Origin: Candidatus Spongiisociaceae bacterium
GTDB taxonomy: Bacteria > Actinomycetota > Acidimicrobiia > Spongiisociales > Spongiisociaceae
Assembly: GCA_965202675.1 (NCBI GenBank)
Contig: OZ241842.1
Span: 2,001,962-2,065,961, forward strand
DNA: 64,000 nt
Reading direction: 5' to 3'
Part shown: one piece after another, positions 39,582-48,301 of the stretch
Layout of the letters: every line of letters begins with the position of its first letter
Numbering within the stretch: the stretch's first letter is position 1
Made by a program: the position numbers and the translations under genes
Notes under the pieces: model-generated
Databases searched by the model: none
What the model saw: only the letters and a program-made list of their open reading frames with translations
What the model was told of the DNA's origin: nothing

Positions 39582-40966
39582 TCACGCGGAGGCGGGTCCT
39601 TCCCGCAGCCGGGCGGCGAGATCTTCAGGGGCGGTGAAGACCACTTGCCGGCCTTCCTTGTAGTCGTTGAGCCATCCATGGTTCTGTAGGGTGAGTAGAT
39701 CAGTGCGCGCTGTTTGTCGGGATACGTTGTGGCTGCGGGCATGGCTCTGGTATGTGTAGCGGGTCCCCGGTTTTCTCAGGGCGTGGCCGAGCAACGCCCT
39801 TTGCCGGTGGTTCAAACCCGGTAGTTCCCCCGCCGCCTGCTCCGCGGCGCGGGTTCGTTCAATGGTCTTGTCAACGTAATTTGCCAATTCCTCGAATGCC
39901 CGTCCCATGACATCGAGCTGGTGGAGGAGGAAGTACGTCAGGTCATTGTCGTCGGTCTCGGAATGGATGAAGGCGCGTCCGTATTGTGCGGGTGCACCCA
40001 GGATGATCTTCGAGATAGAGACGAATTCGACCAGCCAGTACCCGGCCCGCAGGGCGTCCAGTAGAACAGGGCGCGGGCGGTGCGTCCGTTGCCGTCGACG
40101 AACGGATGCACGTAGGCCAGCCAGAAGTGCAGCATGATCGCCTTGACCAAAGGGTGGGTGAACGGTCCGTGCTCGTCGTTGGCGAACTCGCAGAGCTGAT
40201 CGATGCGCTCCGGGATCTCCTCCGCCGGCGGCGGCTTGTGCACCAGATCTTCATCTCGGTCGTAAACGGCCACCCTGGCCTCGCCCGGTTGTTGAAACCG
40301 CCCGGCGTCCGCCGGTTCTTCCAGGGTTCCATCGGTGAGCTCTGCATGCAGCTCCATCAGCAGGGCCGGGGTCAGATCCTGCGTTGCGGCCTCCCCGATC
40401 CGGCGAATGGCCCGGTAGTTGTTGATGATCATCCGCTCCGATCGGTCGCGGGGTTGCCGTCCTGCCCTCAGCATTTCCTTCGCCACTCGGCGGGTAGTAG
40501 CGGCGCCTTCGAGCAGTGAAGAGGAGATGGCTTCTTCGATCATCCCCCGCACCATGTACCGGTCGCGGGTGGTTCGGTCCACGACCGCGGCGGGCGCGGC
40601 CAGCCGGCCGGCGGCGCGCAGGTCCAGGTGGTGCAACCGCTCCAGAAGCGGGTCGACGAGGCTGTAGGTGAACGGTTCGCCGCGCGTGTCCATCAGATCG
40701 GTCGGTCGGGCGGACAGATGCCGCGTCAGGCGCATTCCCATCCACCATTGCTCCCGGGTGAGCCCCTCGGGGGGTTTCCGCCTGCGTACCTCGTCCCAGT
40801 GCAGGTAGCGGCCGTTTACGGCGGCGCCGATTTCGACCAGCCTGCTCAATATTTGGGGGCCGACGCCCTCCAGCGCAGTGGACATCGGCGGCGGTCGTGC
40901 TATTCGGATGGTCATTTCTGCTCCGAGTGGTGGGGGCTTCCTGCCGGGGACAGCAAGTGCAGGCAA
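39582..40966 (-). pseudogene. Fic-family protein gene (DUF4172-Fic-wHTH architecture) with a frameshift just after the Fic motif
   Basis: ORF 39938-40966 carries HPFVDGNGRTARALFYW and then runs out of frame. The authentic continuation (LLDALRAGYWLVEF...) and the C-terminal wHTH (ORF 39582-39908) lie in the adjacent frame, so a 1-nt indel is implied. Confidence 0.7.
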
Positions 40967-40969
40967 GTG

Positions 40970-41005
40970 TATAATTTAGTGCTAAGAAGTGCTAATTTAG
41001 CACTT
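40970..41005. promoter_or_regulatory. TATAAT hexamer plus 9-1-9 palindrome AAGTGCTAA-T-TTAGCACTT (with an extra AGTGCTAA half-site) upstream of fic
   Basis: A perfect inverted repeat lies in the 70-bp gap between the fic start and the etfA stop. Confidence 0.4.
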
Positions 41006-41037
41006 GGGTGGGTTCCGCTCTCGACAGGGGCGGCGGG

Positions 41038-42033
41038 TTATCCGTCTTCTCGGGCGAGGCCTCGGCGGCGGATTATCTCGGCGGTGATGGCGGGCACCAC
41101 CTCGTGGAGGTCGGCGATCACGGCCCAGTCGGCTTTGGTGACCATCGGGGCGTCGCGGTCGGTGTTGACGGCCAGGACGTGCTTGGCGTTCATCATGCCC
41201 ACCCAATGCTGGATGGCGCCCGAGATGCCGCAGGCGATGTAGAGGTCGGGCGCTACGACCGTTCCGGTCTGGCCCACCTGGAACTTGTGGTTCTTCCAAC
41301 CGTTGTTGGTAACCACCCGCGAGCAGCCCACCGCGCCGCCCAGCAGCTCGGCCAGCTCCTCGATGCCGGCGAAACCCTCGGCGCTGCCCACGCCCCGCCC
41401 CCCGCTCACCACCACCGGCGCGGTGGCCAGGGTGATCCCTTCGGTGAGGGTCACCCGGTCCTGCACCATGGTTGCGGCGGCCGACTCGTCGAGCTCCGGG
41501 GTGAACACCGAGCGCCGCCCGCCGTCCGCAGCCGGGGAGGGGGCGGCCTCGGTGCTGTGCGGAGCGAGCGTTACCAGCTTGGTCGGGGCCGACAGCCGGG
41601 CCTGCTCGTGGAGGCTGCCGCCCCAACGGACCCGGGTCATCGTCCAGTCGGCGCCGTCGGCTTCGATCTCCAGGCAGTTGGCGGCCATCGCCAGGTCCAT
41701 CCTCGCCCCGGCCCCGGCCATGACCTCGTTGCCCCGATCGGTGCCGGTTGCCATGACCGCCGCCGCGTCGAGGGCGCCGGCCAGCTGGACCAGGCTGTCG
41801 GCCCACGCGTCGGGTCCGTAATCGGTGAGCATCGGATGCCGGACCAGATGGGTCTCCTCCGCGCCGTAGGGGTCGATCTCGTCCGCGACCGCGTCCGCCC
41901 CCTCGCCGATCACCGCCGCATGGAGCCGGGCGTCCATGGCCTCGGCCAGCAGGCGGGCCCCGGTGAGGCCGCCGAGCGCCGTCTCTTCGATCCGGCCGCG
42001 GTCGTGCTCGACCAGGTAGAGGAAAACGCTCAC
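41038..42033 (-). CDS. etfA: Electron transfer flavoprotein alpha subunit
   Basis: The C-terminal FAD-binding signature is present (LYIACGISGAIQHWVGMMNAKHVLAVNTDRDAPM). Confidence 0.9.
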   Translation of the reverse strand: MSVFLYLVEHDRGRIEETALGGLTGARLLAEAMDARLHAAVIGEGADAVADEIDPYGAEETHLVRHPMLTDYGPDAWADSLVQLAGALDAAAVMATGTDRGNEVMAGAGARMDLAMAANCLEIEADGADWTMTRVRWGGSLHEQARLSAPTKLVTLAPHSTEAAPSPAADGGRRSVFTPELDESAAATMVQDRVTLTEGITLATAPVVVSGGRGVGSAEGFAGIEELAELLGGAVGCSRVVTNNGWKNHKFQVGQTGTVVAPDLYIACGISGAIQHWVGMMNAKHVLAVNTDRDAPMVTKADWAVIADLHEVVPAITAEIIRRRGLAREDG

Positions 42034-42797
42034 AGCAGGCCCAGCCCCTCCATGATGTCGGCGACGGCCGGGGCCGCATCCGCCCCCTCGCCGAGGATCT
42101 CAACGGCGCCGCCTTCCGCGGGCGGGGTAACCAGCATCACCTTGGACTGCCCGCTCGACCCGGCCGCCGGCTCGATCCGTTCTACCGCAGCCTTGCGGGC
42201 GGCCATCCGGCCCTTCAAGGTCGGGTAGCGGGGCAGGTTGATGCCTTCCTTGACCCCGACCGCCGCCGGGAGCGGCAGCCGGTACACCTCCGAACCAGAG
42301 GGGGTCTCGCGCCGGAGGGTCACCGACCCGTTCTCTACGTCGATGCCCTTCACGCCGTTGACGATGGGCCGGCCCAGCGCTCTGGCGGTCCGGACGCCCA
42401 CCTGGTAGCCGCCGGAGTCGGCCGACTCGTTGCCGAACAGGATCAGGTCGAACGGTTCGCCCGCGGCGCCCTCCAGTCCGGCGGCCGCGGCGGCCAGGGC
42501 CTTGGAGGTGGACACCGGATCCCAGTCGGGGATGCCGGTCGGCAGGAGCACCAAGGAATCCGCCCCCACCGCCGCCGCCGAACGCAGCTGCTCCTCGGCC
42601 TCCGGCGCCCCCAGCGTCATCACCGTCACCGAACCCCCCTCCCGCTCTGCGATCTGCACCGCTTCTTCGACCGCGCACTCCTCATGGGGGCTGACGGTGA
42701 ACCCCAGCAGGGCGGCGTCTATGTCCTGGGCGTCGGGGGTCAGGACGATCCTCGCCCCCGGCGCCGGAACCCGCTTGACGCACACCAGTATCCGCAC
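42030..42797 (-). CDS. etfB: Electron transfer flavoprotein beta subunit
   Basis: MRILVCVKRVPA... is the EtfB N-terminus. The gene overlaps etfA by 4 nt. Confidence 0.9.
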   Translation of the reverse strand: MRILVCVKRVPAPGARIVLTPDAQDIDAALLGFTVSPHEECAVEEAVQIAEREGGSVTVMTLGAPEAEEQLRSAAAVGADSLVLLPTGIPDWDPVSTSKALAAAAAGLEGAAGEPFDLILFGNESADSGGYQVGVRTARALGRPIVNGVKGIDVENGSVTLRRETPSGSEVYRLPLPAAVGVKEGINLPRYPTLKGRMAARKAAVERIEPAAGSSGQSKVMLVTPPAEGGAVEILGEGADAAPAVADIMEGLGLL

Positions 42798-42821
42798 GGG
42801 GTTACCCCGGAGCCCCGTTGT

Positions 42822-45338
42822 TCAGCATTTCATCCGGCTGTCGTCGGGGTCGAACAGAGGCCGCGAACCCACCCTGGCCACCGTCACCGGAAACAGCTCG
42901 TTCTGGTACATGACCTGCAAGGACCGCCCTTCCTCCGCCAGGTCCGGCGGCAGGTAGCCCAGCAGGAGGTAGGCGTCCAGCGAAGGGCCCGCCCCGGCGG
43001 AGGTAACCCGCGCCTCCCGGCCCTCGGCGTCCGTGATCCGACCGCCGTCCGGGGTAAGTATCGGCTCGCTGCCGCCCATCGGGAAGCGGGGAACCCCCGA
43101 ACCGCCGTCCGCCGTGTGGCTGTCCATCGTCAGGGTGCAGCACACCGCCGCCGGGCCTTCCTCCCTCGCCGCCAGGTACGCCTGTTTGCCTATGAAATCG
43201 GCGCTTTTGACCCTGGGGCGGGCCAGGCCGGCTTCGACCGGGTTGTACTCCGACTCCAGCTCCGCCCCCATGAGGCGGTAGCCCTTCTCCAGCCGGGCGG
43301 TGGTCCCGTAGACGCCCGCCCCCACCGCCGCCGCCCCGAACTCCCGGCCCGCCTCCCAGAGCGCATCCCACAGCATCGGGGCGTGTTCCATGCCGGCGGT
43401 GATCTCCCAGCCCAGCTCGCCCACATAGGAGATGCGGAACATGGTTACCGGGATGGAGTCGATGACGGCATGGCGGAACGCCCCGTAGGGGAACCCTTCG
43501 TGGGAGATGTCGTCGGAGGTGATCTTGCCGACCAGCCGGCGGGCGTCCGGCCCCCACACACCGATGGTCGACAGGGCCGAGGTCAGATCGGTGAAGACAA
43601 CCGATCCGTCCGAAGGAAGCCATTTGCGGAACCAGTAGGCGTCCCGCCCGCCGTCGAAGCCCCCGGTTATCACCCGGAAATGGTTCTCGCCCATCCGCAG
43701 CACCGTCAGGTCGGAGCGGAAGCCGCCCTGCTCGGTGAGCAGCGGCGTGTATATCCCGCTTCCCGCCGGGCGGTCCACCGTGTTGACCGTCATGTACTGC
43801 ATGTAGTCGAGGGCGCCGGGGCCCTTTACGTCGAAGACGGCGAAGGCGGTCAGGTCGATCATGCCCGCCCGGTCCCGCAGGGCCAGGTGCTCGGCGTTCT
43901 GGATGGGCGACCACCAGCGGGAGTCCCACTCGTGGGGGCGCTCCGGGATCCGGTCGCGGTACTCCTCCAGCAGGGGGGCGTTCGACTCGTACCAGTGGGG
44001 CCGCTCCCAGCCGCCCGCCTCGAAGTACACGGCGCCCAGGGCCGAGGTGAGGGGGTGGAGGGAGCTGACCCGGCTGCTGCGCCTGGTTTCCCACTGCTCC
44101 CTGGGGTGGACGATGCCGTAGGTCTTGTTGAAGTGCTCGGAGCAACGGGCCAGGATGTGGCGCTCGGTCTTCATGTAGGGGTAGAAGCGGGCGATGTCGG
44201 AGGCGTGGGGGTCGATCTCCGGGTAGCCCTGGGTCATCCATTCGGCCAGGGCCCGCCCGGTGCCGGGGCCTTCCTTGATCCAGATGGCCGCGCACGACCA
44301 GAGGTTGCGCACCTCCGGGGTCTCGCCCACCAGGGGCATGGCGTCGGGGGTCAGCGACAGCAGGCCGTTGATGCCGTACTTGATCTCGGCGTCGCCCAGG
44401 AAGGGCATCAGCTCCACCGCCTGCTCCAGCTGCGGGTCGAAGTCGTCCATGGTGAGGGGCAGCTCGGTGGGGGACAGGCGGGACTCCTCGATGGAGGGAA
44501 TGGTGTCGGGATGGTGGAAGATGGGCCGGTGGGCGTAGGAACCCACCTCCATGGAGCCGCCGGTCTGGCGCTCGTAACAGAAGGTGTCCATGTCCCGGAC
44601 GATCGGATAGCCGATCTCGCTGTTGGTGGCGGAGAGGATGTCGAGAGGCCCTACGTCGATCATCTGATGGACGGCGGGGGTGAGGGGGATGGACGCTCCG
44701 GCCATCCGGGCCAGGCGGGGCGACCACACCCCGCAGGCGATTACTGCGTGCTCGCAGGCGATCCGGCCCTTGTCGGTCACCACCGCCTGCACCCGCCCCC
44801 CGGCGGTTTCGATGTCCGTCACCTCGGTAACCGGATGGACCGACAGCGCGCCGCGCTCCTGCGCGTACTCCCGCATCAGGGTTCCGGCCCTTAGGGAGTC
44901 CACCACCGACACGCTGGGCGTGTACCAGCCCCCCAGGATGACGGACGGGTCAAGGAAGGGCACCAGCTCGGCCGCCTCCGCCGGGCTGACCAGCCAGCTT
45001 TCGATCCCCCAGCACTTGGCGGAGGTCATGCGGCGGTCGAGCTCGTGCATGCGTTCGGGGGTGCGGGCCACCTCCAGTCCGCCCGAGACGGTGTTGACGC
45101 CCATCTCCTCGTACTGGCGCTGGCTGTCGAGGGTGAGATGGGCCATCTCCTTGTTGTGGTCGACCGGGTAGATGAAGTTGGAGGCGTGTCCGGTGGAGCC
45201 GCCCGGGTTGGGAAGGGGGCCCTTGTCGATCTGCACGATGTCCCGCCATCCGTGCTCGGCGAGGTGCCTCACCACCGAGTTGCCGACAATCCCGGCGCCG
45301 ACCACGACGACTTGGGCGTTGGCGGGGAAATCGCTCAT
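42822..45338 (-). CDS. Dimethylglycine/sarcosine dehydrogenase family (FAD DAO domain + GcvT-like folate domain), 838 aa
   Basis: An N-terminal GAGIVG FAD fold is followed by a C-terminal aminomethyltransferase-like domain. The gene sits adjacent to etfAB. Confidence 0.8.
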   Translation of the reverse strand: MSDFPANAQVVVVGAGIVGNSVVRHLAEHGWRDIVQIDKGPLPNPGGSTGHASNFIYPVDHNKEMAHLTLDSQRQYEEMGVNTVSGGLEVARTPERMHELDRRMTSAKCWGIESWLVSPAEAAELVPFLDPSVILGGWYTPSVSVVDSLRAGTLMREYAQERGALSVHPVTEVTDIETAGGRVQAVVTDKGRIACEHAVIACGVWSPRLARMAGASIPLTPAVHQMIDVGPLDILSATNSEIGYPIVRDMDTFCYERQTGGSMEVGSYAHRPIFHHPDTIPSIEESRLSPTELPLTMDDFDPQLEQAVELMPFLGDAEIKYGINGLLSLTPDAMPLVGETPEVRNLWSCAAIWIKEGPGTGRALAEWMTQGYPEIDPHASDIARFYPYMKTERHILARCSEHFNKTYGIVHPREQWETRRSSRVSSLHPLTSALGAVYFEAGGWERPHWYESNAPLLEEYRDRIPERPHEWDSRWWSPIQNAEHLALRDRAGMIDLTAFAVFDVKGPGALDYMQYMTVNTVDRPAGSGIYTPLLTEQGGFRSDLTVLRMGENHFRVITGGFDGGRDAYWFRKWLPSDGSVVFTDLTSALSTIGVWGPDARRLVGKITSDDISHEGFPYGAFRHAVIDSIPVTMFRISYVGELGWEITAGMEHAPMLWDALWEAGREFGAAAVGAGVYGTTARLEKGYRLMGAELESEYNPVEAGLARPRVKSADFIGKQAYLAAREEGPAAVCCTLTMDSHTADGGSGVPRFPMGGSEPILTPDGGRITDAEGREARVTSAGAGPSLDAYLLLGYLPPDLAEEGRSLQVMYQNELFPVTVARVGSRPLFDPDDSRMKC

Positions 45339-45517
45339 TTCCGGCTCCTGTCATCCTCCTCTGGTTCCACGATGCGGAACTTTCTTACTATACGGAACAG
45401 CCTACCCGTCTGCGGAGTAGGCTCTTGCCCACAAAGAGCCGCCGCGGGGTTGAAATGCTGTATCCTGGTTCCACGATATAGAACCATTCCGCATCATGGA
45501 AACACCCCGGCCCGGTT

Positions 45518-46258
45518 GTGGTCATACAAGAGGGGCGGCCGACCTTCCCGGATGACATGAGCGAAGAAGAACTCGATCTCCGAGCACTCCCCGACGGCGA
45601 GCTGGTCGAGCAGATGCACGACGACCTCTACGACGGCCTCGCCGCGGAGATCACAGAGGGGACGAACATCCTGCTGGAGCGGGGATGGAGCGCTCCGGCC
45701 GTGCTCAACGATGCCCTGGTCGAGGGCATGCGCATCGTAGGGATCGACTTCCGGGACGGCATCCTCTTCGTTCCCGAGGTGCTGCTGGCCGCCAACGCCA
45801 TGAAAGCGGGCATGTCGGTGCTGAGGCCCCTCTTGGCCGAGACCGGCGCAGAGACGGTCGGCAAGGTGGTGATCGGAACCGTCAAGGGGGACATCCACGA
45901 CATCGGCAAGAACCTGGTGGCGATGATGATGGAGGGGGCCGGATTCGAGGTCATCGACCTGGGGATCAACACCGACGTTGAGGAGTTCATCGAGGCGCTG
46001 GAAGAGCACCGCCCCGACATCCTGGGTATGTCCGCCCTGCTCACCACCACCATGCCCTATATGAAGGTGGTGGTGGACGACCTGGTGCAGAGGGGCCTCC
46101 GAGAGCGCTACATCGTGATGGTGGGCGGGGCGCCCCTCAACGAGGAGTTCGGACAGGCGGTGGGTGCCGACGCCTACTGCCGGGATGCGGCGGTGGCCGC
46201 CGAGACCGCCAAGACCCTGGTGGAAAAGCACCGCATCCTCATGAGCGAGAACGTCTGA
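45518..46258 (+). CDS. Corrinoid (cobalamin-binding) protein, MtbC/MttC-like
   Basis: The B12-binding DxHxxG motif (GDIHDIGKNLV) is present along with an N-terminal helical cap. An alternative start lies at ATG 45557. Confidence 0.8.
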   Translation: MVIQEGRPTFPDDMSEEELDLRALPDGELVEQMHDDLYDGLAAEITEGTNILLERGWSAPAVLNDALVEGMRIVGIDFRDGILFVPEVLLAANAMKAGMSVLRPLLAETGAETVGKVVIGTVKGDIHDIGKNLVAMMMEGAGFEVIDLGINTDVEEFIEALEEHRPDILGMSALLTTTMPYMKVVVDDLVQRGLRERYIVMVGGAPLNEEFGQAVGADAYCRDAAVAAETAKTLVEKHRILMSENV

Positions 46259-46259
46259 T

Positions 46260-46952
46260 ATGGCCGGCGCTGCGGCCCGGACCCGGGAACCCTCCGCCGG
46301 CGCCGAACCGGATGCGCCCCCGTCCGCGCCTTCGCAAGCCCCCGCCCCGCCCCGTCTTCTGGTGCTGGCCTGCGGGGCGCTGGCGTCGGAAATCCTCTAT
46401 TTGATCAGGATCAACCGTTGGCGCCACATGACGCTGGACTGCCTGCCCGCCCGGTTGCACAACACGCCGGAGATGATTGCGCCGGAGCTGGAGAAGCGCC
46501 TCCGCACCCTGGCCGGCCGCTACGACCGGGTGCTGGTCGGCTACGCCGACTGCGGAACGGGCGGGCGGCTCGACGCCCTCATCGAGCGGTGGGATAACGT
46601 GGAGCGGATCCCCGGCGCCCACTGCTATGAGTTCTACGCCACCCCTCCAGTGTTCGCCGAGCTCCACGAAGCAGAGCACGGGACGTTCTACCTGACCGAT
46701 TTCCTCGCCCGCCACTTCGACCGCCTGGTGTGGAAATCGCTCGGACTCGACCGTCACCCCCAGCTCCGGGACGCCTATTTCGGCAACTACCGGCGGCTCG
46801 TCTACCTTTCTCAGTTCGACGACTCGGGGCTGGTTGCGCGGGCCGAGGAAGCGGCCCGCCGCCTGGGTCTCGAGTTCCATCACCGCCGGGTGGGGCTCGG
46901 GGACCTGGGAGGCGGCCTCCATCGTTTCGCCGCCGCGGCGGCGGACGGCTGA
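46260..46952 (+). CDS. DUF1638-domain protein (accessory protein of corrinoid methyltransferase clusters)
   Basis: LVLACGALASEI...GYADCGTGG matches the DUF1638 pattern. The call rests mainly on position in the cluster. Confidence 0.6.
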   Translation: MAGAAARTREPSAGAEPDAPPSAPSQAPAPPRLLVLACGALASEILYLIRINRWRHMTLDCLPARLHNTPEMIAPELEKRLRTLAGRYDRVLVGYADCGTGGRLDALIERWDNVERIPGAHCYEFYATPPVFAELHEAEHGTFYLTDFLARHFDRLVWKSLGLDRHPQLRDAYFGNYRRLVYLSQFDDSGLVARAEEAARRLGLEFHHRRVGLGDLGGGLHRFAAAAADG

Positions 46953-46958
46953 TTCGCC

Positions 46959-47375
46959 GTGTTGGAGGCGCCCGCTTCGAACGAGGCGGCCGACCATGCC
47001 GGCCGGCGCACCGCCGCCGCCCGCAACCAGAGGGTGCGTTCGGAGCTGGTAACGATCCTGTGGCGCGACATCCCCGCCCAGGTCACCGCCCGTTCGGGCC
47101 GGATCAAGAGCGCGGTGGAGCTGCCGCCCCGCTTCCAGTCGGCCATCGACCGGGCCGCCATGGTGGCGGGCAAGAACACCTACGACGCATATATAGAGGA
47201 GTGGCGGCGGACGTCGGCGCCGTGTGGAGAGGACGTAGAAGCCGAGGCGGCGGCGGCCGCCGCCCGGATCGAGCAGGAGTATCCGCCGGCCCGTTTGGCG
47301 CGGATGGCGGCCGGCGGCGGGTACGAGCCGCCTCCGGGCGGTCCGCCCGCCGGACCCGAAAAGGCGGGCCCGTGA
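46959..47375 (+). CDS. Small hypothetical protein conserved position in MttB-family clusters
   Basis: A 138-aa ORF whose stop overlaps the next start (GTGA). No domain recognised. Confidence 0.45.
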   Translation: MLEAPASNEAADHAGRRTAAARNQRVRSELVTILWRDIPAQVTARSGRIKSAVELPPRFQSAIDRAAMVAGKNTYDAYIEEWRRTSAPCGEDVEAEAAAAAARIEQEYPPARLARMAAGGGYEPPPGGPPAGPEKAGP

Positions 47376-48301
47376 CTGCGCCCCGCACGGTGGTGAGCTC
47401 GGCGGCTCGGGAGGTGGCGATCGGGCCGGATCAGCCCTTTGCGGTGATCGGAGAGCGGATCAACCCGACCGGGCGCAAGCTGCTGGCGGCCGAGATGAAA
47501 GAAGGCGACTACAGCCGGGTGGAGGCTGACGCCCTGGCCCAGGTGGCGGCGGGCGCCCACATGCTGGACGTCAACGCCGGCATCCCGCTGGCCGACGAAC
47601 CGGCCATCCTGGCCGAGGCGGTGCAGCTGGTGCAGTCCTTGGTGGACGTCCCCTTGTCCATCGACTCGTCGATAGTGGAGGCGCTGGAGGCGGGTCTGGC
47701 GGTGTACGAGGGCAAGGCCCTGGTGAACTCGGTGACAGGGGAGGAGGAGCGGTTGGAGCGGGTGCTGCCCCTGGCGGCGGAGTACGGAGCGGCGGTGGTG
47801 GCCATCTCCAACGATGAATCCGGCATCTCCGAGGACCCGGACGTGCGCTTCGAGGTGGCCGCCAAGATCGTGCACCGGGCCGCCGACTACGGCATCCCGC
47901 CCGAGGACGTGGTGGTGGATCCGCTGGTGATGCCGGTGGGGGCGATGCGGTACGCAGGCGCCCAGGTCTTCCATATTCTGCGCCGGCTGCGGGACGAGCT
48001 GGGGGTCAACTCCACCTGCGGCGCATCCAACATCAGCTTCGGCCTCCCCAACCGGCGCGGCATCAACAGCGCCTTCTTGGCCATGGCCATAGCCAACGGC
48101 CTCACCTCGGCCATCACCAACCCGCTGGAGTCCGAGATCGCCCACGCCGTGAAGGCCGCCGATGTGCTCACCGGCAACGACCGGGACTGTACGAACTGGA
48201 TACGCACCTTCCGAGAGCCGGGGGCCGAGGGCGAGGGGCGGGGCCGCCGACGGGGGGGCCGCCGCCGGGCCCGAGGCGAAACGCCGGGGGCGGGCCCATG
48301 A
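47372..48301 (+). CDS. Pterin-binding methyltransferase (methylcorrinoid:tetrahydrofolate methyltransferase, MtrH/MtqA/AcsE-like)
   Basis: The start is taken at GTG at residue 215 of ORF 46730-48301. Pterin-binding TIM-barrel motifs are present (VIGERINPTG, MLDVNAG, LSIDSS, ALVNSV). Confidence 0.8.
   Translation: MTAPRTVVSSAAREVAIGPDQPFAVIGERINPTGRKLLAAEMKEGDYSRVEADALAQVAAGAHMLDVNAGIPLADEPAILAEAVQLVQSLVDVPLSIDSSIVEALEAGLAVYEGKALVNSVTGEEERLERVLPLAAEYGAAVVAISNDESGISEDPDVRFEVAAKIVHRAADYGIPPEDVVVDPLVMPVGAMRYAGAQVFHILRRLRDELGVNSTCGASNISFGLPNRRGINSAFLAMAIANGLTSAITNPLESEIAHAVKAADVLTGNDRDCTNWIRTFREPGAEGEGRGRRRGGRRRARGETPGAGP

Noticed and set aside
45339-45517. Cobalamin riboswitch upstream of the corrinoid-protein gene
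   Set aside because: No B12-box-like GCCACTG core or characteristic stem architecture could be read. Only protein-operator-like repeats are present.
46730-47371. N-terminal 214 codons of ORF 46730-48301
   Set aside because: This stretch is Arg/Gly/Pro-rich and overlaps the DUF1638 protein and the small ORF. The pterin-binding domain begins at the GTG at 47372, which overlaps the upstream stop.
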